Part shown: positions 1 to 11,085 of the stretch, piece by piece
Layout of the letters: the number at the start of each line of letters is the position of its first letter
Position numbering within the stretch: the first letter of the stretch is position 1
Source: Proteromonas lacertae
Lineage: Eukaryota
Assembly (NCBI GenBank): GCA_002245135.1
Contig: NGBS01000004.1
Location: 1-64,000, forward strand
Reading direction: 5' to 3'
Length of the DNA: 64,000 nt
Made by a program: the position numbers and the translations under genes
The notes under the pieces: generated by a model
The model's input: only the letters and a program-made list of their open reading frames with translations
Database searches by the model: none
What the model was told of the DNA's origin: nothing

Positions 1-1359
1 GATAAGTGAAAAAGGAATTTATTATTTTCCCAGTGTGTGATCCAAATCAAAGTCATTGGAGTTTATGGGAAGTAAAATATGCTCCTAATGACTATATGAT
101 GTTTAGAATATATGACAGTTTAACAATTTATATGAACAAAGAACCAAGAAATATAGTTATAAAGAATATTAAACAACTCTTTCATTCTTGCAATCGTGAA
201 TTAGAATCATATGAAATAGTAGATACAAAAGTTCATCAAACAGATGATGAAACTTGTGGATATTACTGTTTATTCTTTCTTGGTGGCAAGATTGAATAAT
301 TTGGAAATGACAAAGATTCAAAATATAGAAAGTTTTAATATAGAATACTTCATTGATGATTTAATTGAAGGTATAGAAAGTTTAAATGACGAAGAAAAAT
401 CGAAATTGTTTTACATTTACAACAAAAGAAACATTTATAGATTTAAATAATTTCATTTTCTTTAAAAATTCTAAAAAAGTATCTTTATATAATTATAATT
501 TGTTTGTAATGTACACACTTCCACATAACATAAAAAACAATTTTGGAAAAAGATTTGAGTTGAATGTTGTTTCAACTTATTTTCTGATTTCAATTTTGTT
601 ATATTTGTTAATAATATATTATGATTATCTCATATATGAAATATGAGAAATCAAAAGTGTCTCCTAGACAAACGGCGTGAGAAGATTTAGAAATACGCCG
701 TTTGTCTAGGAGACATTTTTCACTTCTCAAATTTCTTCTGTGACTTATGTGTATCATTTCATAATCATTGATACTATTACTTAAAACAAAAAACAACACA
801 TAAATTATAATTTTGTAAATTATACAAAAGGAGCTAAGTGTTAAAAATATATTGTAATTGGCTATACACTGAAATGAATGATTTTTATAGAAGGTATTGA
901 AATATGAAATACATTAATTTGTTGTAGCTTTGAGATTCATGTCGATTAAAGATTGTATTTCTGTTTATATTGTTGATATTAACTTTGTAACTGAAATTAT
1001 AGATTTTGATGAAAAACATGTGCATATAGAACAAGTGTTTATATCAAAATATTGATTTTCGTAGAAATAAGGGGGTAAGAAAATTCAAGTTTTTAGTTAC
1101 ATTTTTTTATTTATATCAACAACAGAAGTGAGTTGTAAGCTAATATTTTATATTATTCATGTACTTAATATGTATTAATAGATTATGTAAAACAATTTGT
1201 TACATAGGCTAATTCAGTCATATCGTGACATGTCTATCATATACAAAATGTTAAAATAAAAGTAACAATTTTTCATTAAAAGAAGTGTAATTGTGTATTT
1301 AGTTTGTTTTGAAAGTGTCTGGTAGACAAACGGCCAACTCTGACAAACGGCGCACAACA
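1..1359 (+). mobile_element. 3' end of a Ginger-like transposon, copy 1 (Ulp1 domain, 3' region, terminus ...GGCGCACAACA); runs off the window start
   Basis: Near-perfect reverse complement of 2444-3775. The match ends at the CAACA terminus (one flanking base also matches). Encodes the Ulp1-like HW..DS..Q..CG domain with two extra bases relative to copy 2. Confidence 0.75.
658..715. repeat. Perfect 21-bp stem, 16-nt loop hairpin (mirrored at about 3064-3121)
   Basis: TGTCTCCTAGACAAACGGCGT (658-678) pairs with ACGCCGTTTGTCTAGGAGACA (695-715). Confidence 0.95.
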
Positions 1360-1669
1360 AATAATATATTATGATTATCTCATATATGAAATAAGAATAT
1401 TCTAGAAAATCCAAAAAATAAATTATGACCTATTATGACATATGTCACGTAATTTATGAATGTTTGATTTGGTGTGCCAGGAGCCCGAGTCATGCGGCTC
1501 GGTGTGCAGAATGTAGGTCATATGACAAACTAACTATATATTTGTTAATAACTAACTCCGAACATCATGAATATCATATTAGTTTTGATTGAATCATTCT
1601 GCAATATAGAGTTCCGCCATACGGGGATTTCCGCCATACGGGGAACAACAGTGCGCCGTTTGTCAGAGT

Positions 1670-2443
1670 ATGTAATATTATATACATCTGATTTGAATAA
1701 AGATCATTTATCATTAAATCCGTTAGTTTTAAAACTAGATAATGAAAGAGATATGAATGAAAATGATGAAAATAATCAACTACAAATCGTTCCATCAAAT
1801 ACAACTCAATATGAAAGAACACAACTTACTAATGGAATGGTATCAAAAATAATGAGTAAAGATTATCCTTTCAATTCATTAATAACAGAATTTAATGAAT
1901 ATTCAAAGAAATTAGGATGTTTTATTTACGAGAATCAATTATATCTATTTAGAAACTGTTATAAAGGAATTATTCAAAAAATAGAAGAACATGATAGAAA
2001 TTATATAATTTATGGTATAGAAGGAAGTGGGAAAAGAGTTTTATCGGAATTATTATATTATTATTATGTATTACAGAACCAATATAATGTGTTATTAATA
2101 ACAAGGAATATAAATGATAGCAGATTGATTCAATATTTCTATGTTAAAAAGAATACCAATGTTTCTATTGCTTCAGATAAACAGATAATTCCAGAAAAGC
2201 CTTATATAGTAATTGCATACAATGAGGTTTTAGGTGAAGATAACTATTCTGATGCTGTCAAAATAATAGTATTATTTAATACATCTGATCAAAATATCAA
2301 GACATTTCAAAGTAAAAGATGTCCTTCAATTCTATATTTAAGCCCATTTGATGATGAAGAAGCAAAAAAATATGTATTACTGAGAAGAGATAGTAACAGA
2401 TCCTATGAAATGGAAAAAATAAAAAATATGGAAATATACCAGT
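1670..2443 (+). pseudogene. Truncated Crinkler/RHS-like P-loop NTPase fragment
   Basis: YLFRNCYKGIIQKI...IIYGIEGSGKR (Walker A-like) followed by LLYYYY resembles CR-NTPases. The ORF is cut by the transposon terminus at 2444 and reads on into element DNA. Confidence 0.5.
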
Positions 2444-3327
2444 TGTTGTGCGCCGTTTGTCAGAGTTGGCCGTTTGTCTACCAGACACTTTCAAAACAAA
2501 CTAAATACACAATTACACTTCTTTTAATGAAAAATTGTTACTTTTATTTTAACATTTTGTATATGATAGACATGTCACGATATGACTTAATTAGTCTATG
2601 TGACAAATTATTAAGTACATGAATAATAAAAAATATTAGCTTACAACTCACTTCTGTTGTTGATATAAATAAAAAAATGTAACTAAAAACTTGAATTTTC
2701 TTACCCCCTTATTTCTACGAAAATCAATATTTTGATATAAACACTTGTTCTATATGCACATGTTTTTCATCAAAATCTATAATTTCAGTTACAAAGTTAA
2801 TATCAACAATATAAACAGAAATACAATCTTTAATCGACATGAATCTCAAAGCTACAACAAATTAATGTATTTCATATTTCAATACCTTCTATAAAAATCA
2901 TTCATTTCAGTGTATAGCCAATTACAATATATTTTTAACACTTAGCTCCTTTTGTATAATTTACAAAATTATAATTTATGTGTTGTTTTTTGTTTTAAGT
3001 AATAGTATCAATGATTATGAAATGATACACATAAGTCACAGAAGAAATTTGAGAAGTGAAAAATGTCTCCTAGACAAACGGCGTATTTCTAAATCTTCTC
3101 ACGCCGTTTGTCTAGGAGACACTTTTGATTTCTCATATTTCATATATGAGATAATCATAATATATTATTAACAAATATAACAAAATTGAAATCAGAAAAT
3201 AAGTTGAAACAACATTCAACTCAAATCTTTTTCCAAAATTGTTTTTTATGTTATGTGGAAGTGTGTACATTACAAACAAATTATAATTATATAAAGATAC
3301 TTTTTAGAATTTTTAAAGAAAATGAAA

Positions 3328-3790
3328 TTATTTAAATCTATAAATGTTTCTTTTGTTGTAAATGTAAAACAATTTCGATTTTTCTTCGTCATTTAAACTT
3401 TCTATACCTTCAATTAAATCATCAATGAAGTATTCTATATTAAAACTTTCTATATTTTGAATCTTTGTCATTTCCAAATTATTCAATCTTGCACCAAGAA
3501 AGAATAAACAGTAATATCCACAAGTTTCATCATCTGTTTGATGAACTTTTGTATCTACTATTTCATATGATTCTAATTCACGATTGCAAGAATGAAAGAG
3601 TTGTTTAATATTCTTTATAACTATATTTCTTGGTTCTTTGTTCATATAAATTGTTAAACTGTCATATATTCTAAACATCATATAGTCATTAGGAGCATAT
3701 TTTACTTCCCATAAACTCCAATGACTTTGATTTGGATCACACACTGGAAAATAATAAATTCCTTTTTCACTTATCTTTTTTTTATAATCC
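3328..3790 (-). CDS. Ulp1/peptidase C48-like cysteine protease domain (transposon C-terminus)
   Basis: FPVCDPNQSHWSL...RIYDSL...HQTDDETCGYY gives a His-Asp-Cys triad with the oxyanion Gln. The 5' boundary is approximate. Confidence 0.8.
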
Positions 3791-3894
3791 TTTTGCTTTT
3801 CATTTAAAAATTCAACACCAGAATCAATAACATTTTATTGTTGTTGGAAATATAATGTAATAAAAACAGGAATTCATCACCTTTTAGTTGATTG

Positions 3895-4521
3895 TTAATA
3901 TTTAAAATGACTCACCAATTCTTTACAATTTGCTTCATATTTTGGTTGTTGATGTTGTCCATAGAATCTTACATGACCAATATCATTATATCCTTTAATT
4001 TTCTTTACAAACAACAAAATATCATGAGTGTGATCATCATATGTAATTGATGCAACACTAGTATCTTTTCTATTTACCATTTTACATGCATATTTTAAAG
4101 TCATTGAATTACGCTCTATCAGAAGGTGTATATAGGTTTTGAATAGATCAATCATTAGAATAATATCAACATCGCTTATATATGGATGATCTTCAGACAT
4201 ATTTATCATTAGCATTACAGCAGCCAATATTTCTGTTGCTTCAGGAAAGTTAGTATTAACATTGGTCTTGGCAATCTTATATTGAGATATTATTTCACCT
4301 ACACTTCTATCATATCTACCAATACGACGAATACCTTCTGCATAATCATCTTCACCAAATGAATCTATAACTTCGATTGTTTTATTATCATGATGAATGA
4401 TAACAGTGTAATAATTGTTACTATCTTTAGCTCTAATTATGAATGCTTCCATCTCTTTATTCATTATCATTTGTTTATCTTTACATACGTAATAATGTTG
4501 ATTTAAATTGTATAATTCCAA
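3895..4521 (-). pseudogene. Degenerate Ulp1-like domain, probably inactive
   Basis: YYTVIIHHDNKTIEVIDSFG resembles the Ulp1 HW....K.I.YYDSL strands but lacks HW and the Q..CG motif. Confidence 0.35.
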
Positions 4522-4878
4522 TATGAAATGGATTTCATTTATCCAAGTTGAATTTTTCCAATACTTTTTATAAATCTTTCAACAAATTCCAAGTGATCAT
4601 TAGTTATTGGATCCTTAATATCTTCTTCAGAAGTTCTAATACCAAATATATCATGCACTGCATTCTTCTTTGGATTCATTACAATTTGCTGAAGTCTTTT
4701 TTCATAGGTGTTAATATCCTTTTTCTTAGGATTAGGATGAATCTATTAAATATAAATTATCATCAAATATACTAGTATTTTGTCTGCTGTTTTCTTCATA
4801 TTCTCTAATAATTCTGATGAAACTTCAAGCTTTATTAAAGGTGTAGATGATACTAATGGAATTTGCATGTTTTCATTT

Positions 4879-5687
4879 CTATTCATTAGATAGTAATAAT
4901 TTAATAATATACACTAAATATTGCTTTTTATTAACTTTATCATCTTTAACTAATGCTAGACTCTTTTTATCTTGGCACATCTTTCTTTTCACAGCTGTAA
5001 TAACCACATCTCCATGTTCAGGATTAACTAGTTTATTTCCTAATTTCTTAATAAAATCATCTCTCATTTTGTTATTATAAATGAAGCTTCTTTCGTCTAT
5101 ATAATCTTGAAACTGTTCTATTATATTTCCATTTAGTGTTATATCTTTTTTGGTTCTTTCTTTATAATCTTCTTCTTCCATTATTGTTACTTCACCATTA
5201 CCACCATCATCACTATTATCGCTATCATTACCATCTTCATCTACATCTATAACATGATCAGAACCACCATTATTGCCATTAACTCCACTAGCACCTTCTT
5301 CTTCTTCATATTCACTGTTTGCTTTAACTTCTTTGCCATCACTATCATCATTACCATTATTATCATCACCTTCTATATTAGTATAATCTGGTTTAAACTT
5401 CTTATTCTGAATCATCAACTCTTTCATGCCCATAAAGAATAAGGATCTTCCTTTACAATTTGTTCTTCTGCATCTATGATTATTAATTATTTCTGTTATT
5501 CTTTCCAAGTATTCAGTCCAATAACATTAGGATTATCAACCATCATATCTGCTATCTTTTCTTTAATGAATCTATTATATCTCTCCACTTTACCATTGCA
5601 CTGAGAATGATTGAAAGGGATCTCATCATCTTTATCAAATTGTAACTTTATTATATGATTAGATATAGTATTATTTCTAAAATACAT
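4879..5687 (-). pseudogene. rve-type DDE integrase remnant
   Basis: LQFDKDDE abuts IPFNHSQCNGKVERYN, so the segment between the second D and the E motif appears deleted. A frameshift near 5510 leads into the W..YL..I..INN helix typical of Gypsy/Ginger integrases. Confidence 0.75.
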
Positions 5688-5862
5688 TACATATGAATAA
5701 TGTGTTCAAGATTTTCCAGCTTGTCTTAGTATATATAATTAGTACAAATTACTGCCAATTTTCTCATGTAAAATTACTGATATGTTTCTTAAAATGATTA
5801 TTATAGTTGTAATAAAAGTAAATGCAATATGAATGTTTTTTTATTTACTGTAGAAATGATTA

Positions 5863-6750
5863 TCAAAACATTTTAGATGAAATGAATTTTTCTACTTTAT
5901 ATAAGTCTTTTCTACAAGTAAATAGCTCATTATATATATCTAAATACGTTTCTGCCTGATAATTTGTAATAGCTAGTTCCTCATAAGTTTCTATTCCATA
6001 ACTTTTTGTGTAATTTAAAAAATTTTGATATATAGTTTTTGCTTTTTCTTTCACAGGATTATTTATTCCGCCGCTATGAAATTCCGAGTATAAAATATCA
6101 AACTTTATTAATTGATTTCTATTAATTAAATCTGGAATAATAAAATGCTCTTCTCCTTCTACATCAAATTTCATAACATTAAAGTCAGAATGCGGTATAT
6201 TTGTTAATATAAAATCTGTTATATTTATAACAGGAATTGTATAATTCTTTCTATGAAGGTTATTTTTTCCATTTGAATAATAGAACTTCGATGAGGCAAC
6301 ATCTTCACTATCAATACTCATAATATCTGTTCCATCATAAGTGCTAACTATAACAGGACAATACACATTGAATGTAATTAATTTAGAATGTCTTTTAATA
6401 TAATTTATTACTTTATATATACTTTTACATAGATATGGATTTGCTTCAAAAATGTATGTATTAAAATTCTTTGAAATATTTAATGTTATTCTGGGATATG
6501 GTACTGTATACTTTAATTTTTCCATTGCTATATTATAAAACCAAATTACTGAATCTCCGCTATTAGCTCCTAAGTCTATATAATTACCATGTATCCATAT
6601 ATCTCTTAATGATTTTTTCTCCTTATTATTTGCATTGCATTTTCTTCTTTTTATTGCTATTCTATTATTAATATTGTTGTTTTTTATATACAAATAAAAC
6701 AAATAAAATAACATAAAAATTAACATATAATTATATAATACTATATTCAT
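5863..6750 (-). CDS. FkbM-family SAM-dependent methyltransferase with N-terminal signal anchor
   Basis: YIDLGANSGDS, YIFEANP and MKFDVEGEE motifs; hydrophobic N-terminus. Confidence 0.85.
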   Translation of the reverse strand: MNIVLYNYMLIFMLFYLFYLYIKNNNINNRIAIKRRKCNANNKEKKSLRDIWIHGNYIDLGANSGDSVIWFYNIAMEKLKYTVPYPRITLNISKNFNTYIFEANPYLCKSIYKVINYIKRHSKLITFNVYCPVIVSTYDGTDIMSIDSEDVASSKFYYSNGKNNLHRKNYTIPVINITDFILTNIPHSDFNVMKFDVEGEEHFIIPDLINRNQLIKFDILYSEFHSGGINNPVKEKAKTIYQNFLNYTKSYGIETYEELAITNYQAETYLDIYNELFTCRKDLYKVEKFISSKMF

Positions 6751-6825
6751 ATTTGGTAATAAAACTATATATTCAAAAATGTATATGTTAAAATAAATAT
6801 TGTGATTAGTTTATGCACGCATATT

Positions 6826-7821
6826 TTATATAGTATTAGCTAAATAAATTTCAATAGGTTTTAAACCATGAACAAATATATTATTCTTAGTTACAGCCAA
6901 GTTTTGTTTAGGAGTATATGTAATTTGAGTGATATTGGTTATATCTAGGTAGGTCATATTACAAAATTTCATTAGTATTCCAAATAAAATGTCTTCTATC
7001 CATATGAACTTATTAATAATATGAAAATATGAATATATACATTTTATAACAGAATATTTAAATAGGAATGCTGGGCCATATGGAGATGGAGGAAATAATT
7101 TATAACGTATTGATTTATTACTACATTTAATAGACCACCTATAATTGGTATTACATATTAATCTTGGCTTTCTATTTATTGATCCTATTACAGATACATT
7201 ATCATTGATATTATTAAGTAAACTGTATAATAATTTCTTATTAAAATATGTGTCAATATCTAATTTCATAATCCAATTAATTTTAACACATTTTTTGTAT
7301 AAATATAGATAAAAGCATGACATAATAATTGAACAATTATAGTAAGAATTAATTATGTTAAATAATAAAATGTCATTGAATTTATTAATCTCTTTATATA
7401 ATAATTTGTTGATTTTTTGATCTGATGATATACCAATAATAAACATATACTTTAAATCATGAATATTTTTTAAAATTTTTCTTGTTATTATTCTTTCATA
7501 TATGCATTCTATTCTACTCAGAACTCCTATTAATAGATTAGTATTCACGCAATCAATATCTCTATAATTTTTACAATAATGTAGTATTGTATTTGCAAAA
7601 TATGATACATGAGATTGTGTTAATACTTTCAAAGGTTTATACTTTAATATTTTTCTTTCACATAATAATAGAGATGTATTAATTATACATGAATAGTATG
7701 CATTTATTTCTCTATCTATTCTTTTACTTATCTTATCAAAGATATTATCTATTTGCACAGAATTATTTATAAAAAGTAACGCTATAAGTATTATAAAATT
7801 AAAAAAAGCTACTTTTGATAT
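6826..7821 (-). CDS. GT31 beta-1,3-galactosyltransferase-like; no in-frame ATG before the TM segment
   Basis: EINKFNDIL, WIMKLDIDTY, PYGPAFL and IEDILFG motifs. The frame stays open upstream through VAFFNFIILIALLF to an ATA at 7821. Confidence 0.8.
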   Translation of the reverse strand: MSKVAFFNFIILIALLFINNSVQIDNIFDKISKRIDREINAYYSCIINTSLLLCERKILKYKPLKVLTQSHVSYFANTILHYCKNYRDIDCVNTNLLIGVLSRIECIYERIITRKILKNIHDLKYMFIIGISSDQKINKLLYKEINKFNDILLFNIINSYYNCSIIMSCFYLYLYKKCVKINWIMKLDIDTYFNKKLLYSLLNNINDNVSVIGSINRKPRLICNTNYRWSIKCSNKSIRYKLFPPSPYGPAFLFKYSVIKCIYSYFHIINKFIWIEDILFGILMKFCNMTYLDITNITQITYTPKQNLAVTKNNIFVHGLKPIEIYLANTI

Positions 7822-9110
7822 GTTAATGATAACAAATATAATATGTTCATTATTTATTTTTCTAATTTTTATTATTCATTTTTATACTTATAAACATTTT
7901 TATTTATATAGATTAGAGTGCAAAAGATTTTATCCTAAAGAGAATTTACTATTAAAAGTAAAAGAAAAATGCAAATTTAACCCTTTATTATATTCTTTTT
8001 CTTGGACAGATTCATTCATAATTAAACACTTCAAAGATTTAAATCATAGAATTAACAACAATTTACTATTTTTTACTATTGTAGATGAATTTAGTTTCAA
8101 ATATCTTATTAACTTATATAAAATATTCCTTTACCCTTATAGTATAAATAGTTTAGTAACATTTGTCTTTAATAATAGAACATATAAAAAATGTAAGAAT
8201 AATCATATTTTTTGTGTAATGATTGATTGGCCAATATTTTTAGATACTATAATGACTAGCTATAAAATGAAAGTATGGTTTTTAAAATATTATTTATTCT
8301 TTAAAATTGTAAGTAATAAGTTATCAATTCTGTACATAGATACCGATATTTTATTCATTCAAAATTGCTTAAATAGTTTGTTATATAGGAACGAAGATAT
8401 AATACTTCTTAAAAGCCAATCAAAAGAAATTTTTGGAAATGCAGGAGTTGTGTATATTTTATTATTAATTTATTAGTAAAATAAAATGCAATAATAACAC
8501 AATTGAAGCACTTAAATATGGATATCATTATCTTCATAAGAATAAAAATAATATTAACAAATTCTTTCCATCAGCAGATCAGAGTATAATTACAATAATA
8601 GTAAATAAGTATAAACATCTTAAATGTGGATTATTTGATTTACCATTATTTACAGTTGGATTGCCTCCTGAAAGTGTTATAAAAAATGTATGTATTGTAC
8701 ATCCAATACACTGTGATAAGGAGTTTTCTTTGAAGGAAAGATTACTCTATTATAATAATAATAATAATTACTACACATCTATATCAAAGCATTATATTTC
8801 ATTTAGCAGAAACATATTATTAAATAATTTAAATAAAATACTTAAAATTATAACGCTATATAATTTAACAATTATTCTACCTGATCAATTGTGTAATTAT
8901 CCGCAATGTGTATATAAATTATACCCCCCATTTGGAGATGACTTACTCATTAATTACTTTAAGAATAAACAAGTAGAGTTTCGAGAATCAACATTTCTTA
9001 GGCATCCTTTAGTTAATATCAGTAGAAAAGATATACATATTATGGATTTAAAATCAATAAATAGTACTACATCTTCTTTATATAGATTTATATATGTTAA
9101 TAAAGATTAA
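7820..9110 (+). CDS. GT77-like nucleotide-diphospho-sugar transferase (one intron at about 8452-8476)
   Basis: ILYIDTDI (DxD), NAGV and DQ motifs. Removing the GT-AG intron joins ORFs 7820 and 8661 in frame. Confidence 0.8.
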
Positions 9111-9129
9111 CAATATTATGAGTATGTGA

Positions 9130-9882
9130 ATGATATTATACTTTTTTGTATATATAATATTAATTGAATCATTATTTACATACATATTAATAAGTAATAA
9201 TGATTATTTTTCATTACAAATAATTATTACATCATGTAATAGATACAATTATTTAAACAAAACACTAAATTCATTTATTTTACATTTGCATAACTATGAT
9301 CAGAATATATTCTATACATTTATATTAATCGATCAAGGAACAGAGGAAAGATATGTTATAAATGATTATTATAATATACGAAACACATTCTATATAAATC
9401 CTAAAAATTATCAATACTCATTTAATTTACTTTTCTCATATTTATATTTACAGTATACACTTTTGTTAGAAGAAGATTGGATTATAAAGAATAGTACTTA
9501 TTCTAATCAAAATTTTATAGAATTTTCATTAATTGCTTTATCTCATACCGATGATATTTATGGAATTATATTAAGAAAAATGGTTATTGTAAATGAAAGC
9601 TATAGCACAATGAATATAAAAAATAATATAATGGTATTAATGAAATTAATTCATCCCTATCAAAAGAGAAATTTTTTAAATGGTCCTTCGATATACAAAA
9701 ACTACATATTGAAAAAACTAAATAAATATATATCTGAATTTGATACAGGGTTATTTTTTTTAAAACATAAATATTACATGGCTTTTCTTTATAAACAAAT
9801 TGCTGGACATTATTACATATTTTTTCTACATATAGGTGTTAATTCAACAAGATTAGGAATATGTAACTTGTATCTTTATTAA
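9130..9882 (+). CDS. GT-A fold (GT2-like) glycosyltransferase
   Basis: IIITSCNRYNYLNKTLNSF, LIDQG and LLLEEDW motifs; N-terminal TM segment. Confidence 0.7.
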   Translation: MILYFFVYIILIESLFTYILISNNDYFSLQIIITSCNRYNYLNKTLNSFILHLHNYDQNIFYTFILIDQGTEERYVINDYYNIRNTFYINPKNYQYSFNLLFSYLYLQYTLLLEEDWIIKNSTYSNQNFIEFSLIALSHTDDIYGIILRKMVIVNESYSTMNIKNNIMVLMKLIHPYQKRNFLNGPSIYKNYILKKLNKYISEFDTGLFFLKHKYYMAFLYKQIAGHYYIFFLHIGVNSTRLGICNLYLY

Positions 9883-9906
9883 TAATATAAAAAGCATCCA
9901 CTAATA

Positions 9907-10932
9907 ATGATTCTATTTATAAAAATGTATAAATACACTAGTTGGTTTATTTTTAATAACATTATGTCTATATATCATATTGAAATAAATGCATTATATT
10001 ACTGTAATGTTTTAATATTATTTTTTATAATTTATAATACTTATAATCCTAAATTAGAAAAGGCAGACTATAACAATCATTTTGATAAATACATTTACAT
10101 ATCAAACAATGATATTTCTATTAAAAGAATAAAATACATTCCGAAGAAGTCATGTGGACTTGGAAACAAACTATTAGGATTAATTAGCTCTCTTGCATAT
10201 GGTATATCTTATTATTATTCATTAAAAATATCAAATTGGGATAGTTTATGGTGGTATTTCGATTTTCCTTTAAAATTAGATAAAAGAATGTATATTTGTA
10301 ATATTACCTTTCATGGACATTTCTATGCCATTAAAAGCGTTATATTAAATGAAAATATTAGAAATTATTTAATAAAAAAAGGTGTGATAATATTTAATAA
10401 TAATCTAAACAATATGATGAATCAGCTTGCTTATAGAATATCATCGTACTTTTTGAAAGTAAGTGACAGAATTACATCTAAGATAAATATAAATATAAAG
10501 AGAGTCTATAACATTGGAGTTCATATTAGAACTGGAAAGGCAGATGGAAAAGAGTATATACTACACTATTTAACATATAAAGATATATTAAAAATTAAAG
10601 AATCTATACAAATTAATCAAAATACATTAGATGTATTCATAAGTTCTGATTCTCCAAATGTAAAATATGAATTTCAAAAAACAGTTGCAAATTTATTTTA
10701 TAACAATAACTCTATATGCAATTCAGGATACGGACTATTATATGAAAATAATACTTGTGCCATTGAAGCAATCACAGATTATTATATATTGAGCAGATGT
10801 AAATATTTAGTATTAACAAGATGTAGTTCTTTTAGCTTAGTCAGTCTGTTTGCTAATAATATAGGAAGAAACAATTTAAAACTATATAAATATTTTGGTA
10901 ATTGCTCCTTGCATTATGACTTATATAAATAG
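9907..10932 (+). CDS. Fucosyltransferase of the alpha-1,2/alpha-1,6/O-FucT superfamily (GT11/GT23/NodZ-like)
   Basis: GLGNKL, IGVHIRTG, VFISSDS, DYYILSRC and SSFS motifs. Confidence 0.8.
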   Translation: MILFIKMYKYTSWFIFNNIMSIYHIEINALYYCNVLILFFIIYNTYNPKLEKADYNNHFDKYIYISNNDISIKRIKYIPKKSCGLGNKLLGLISSLAYGISYYYSLKISNWDSLWWYFDFPLKLDKRMYICNITFHGHFYAIKSVILNENIRNYLIKKGVIIFNNNLNNMMNQLAYRISSYFLKVSDRITSKININIKRVYNIGVHIRTGKADGKEYILHYLTYKDILKIKESIQINQNTLDVFISSDSPNVKYEFQKTVANLFYNNNSICNSGYGLLYENNTCAIEAITDYYILSRCKYLVLTRCSSFSLVSLFANNIGRNNLKLYKYFGNCSLHYDLYK

Positions 10933-11085
10933 AAATTGAATAATTGCTTTATTTCTTGATAATTGTAATATTGAAATTATTATAATAATGAATTATAATA
11001 TTAGCTAATTAATTCAATTTTTAAAAGGGTATTAGAAAATTATACTTAGTAGAGTGTAAATAGAATTAGCTATATTATAAGAATA

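Larger units (their letters stand above)
2444..5750 (-). mobile_element. Degenerate, 5'-truncated Ginger-like (integrase + Ulp1) DNA transposon, copy 2
   Basis: Terminus reads TGTTGTGCGCC on + at 2444. Upstream on the minus strand are integrase-core remnants (HSQCNGKVERYNRFIK; WTEYLERITEIINN..LFFMG), an acidic linker and two Ulp1-like domains, broken by frameshifts. No matching second terminus seen. Confidence 0.7.

Noticed and set aside
608..3171. Short ORFs 608-799, 1214-1414 and 2980-3171
   Set aside because: Chance ORFs within non-coding terminal repeats, duplicated only because of the inverted repeat.
3328..5750. Polinton/adenain-type protease plus integrase as an endogenous virus
   Set aside because: No polB, packaging ATPase or capsid genes. 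The TGTTG terminus and the integrase-then-protease order fit Ginger better.
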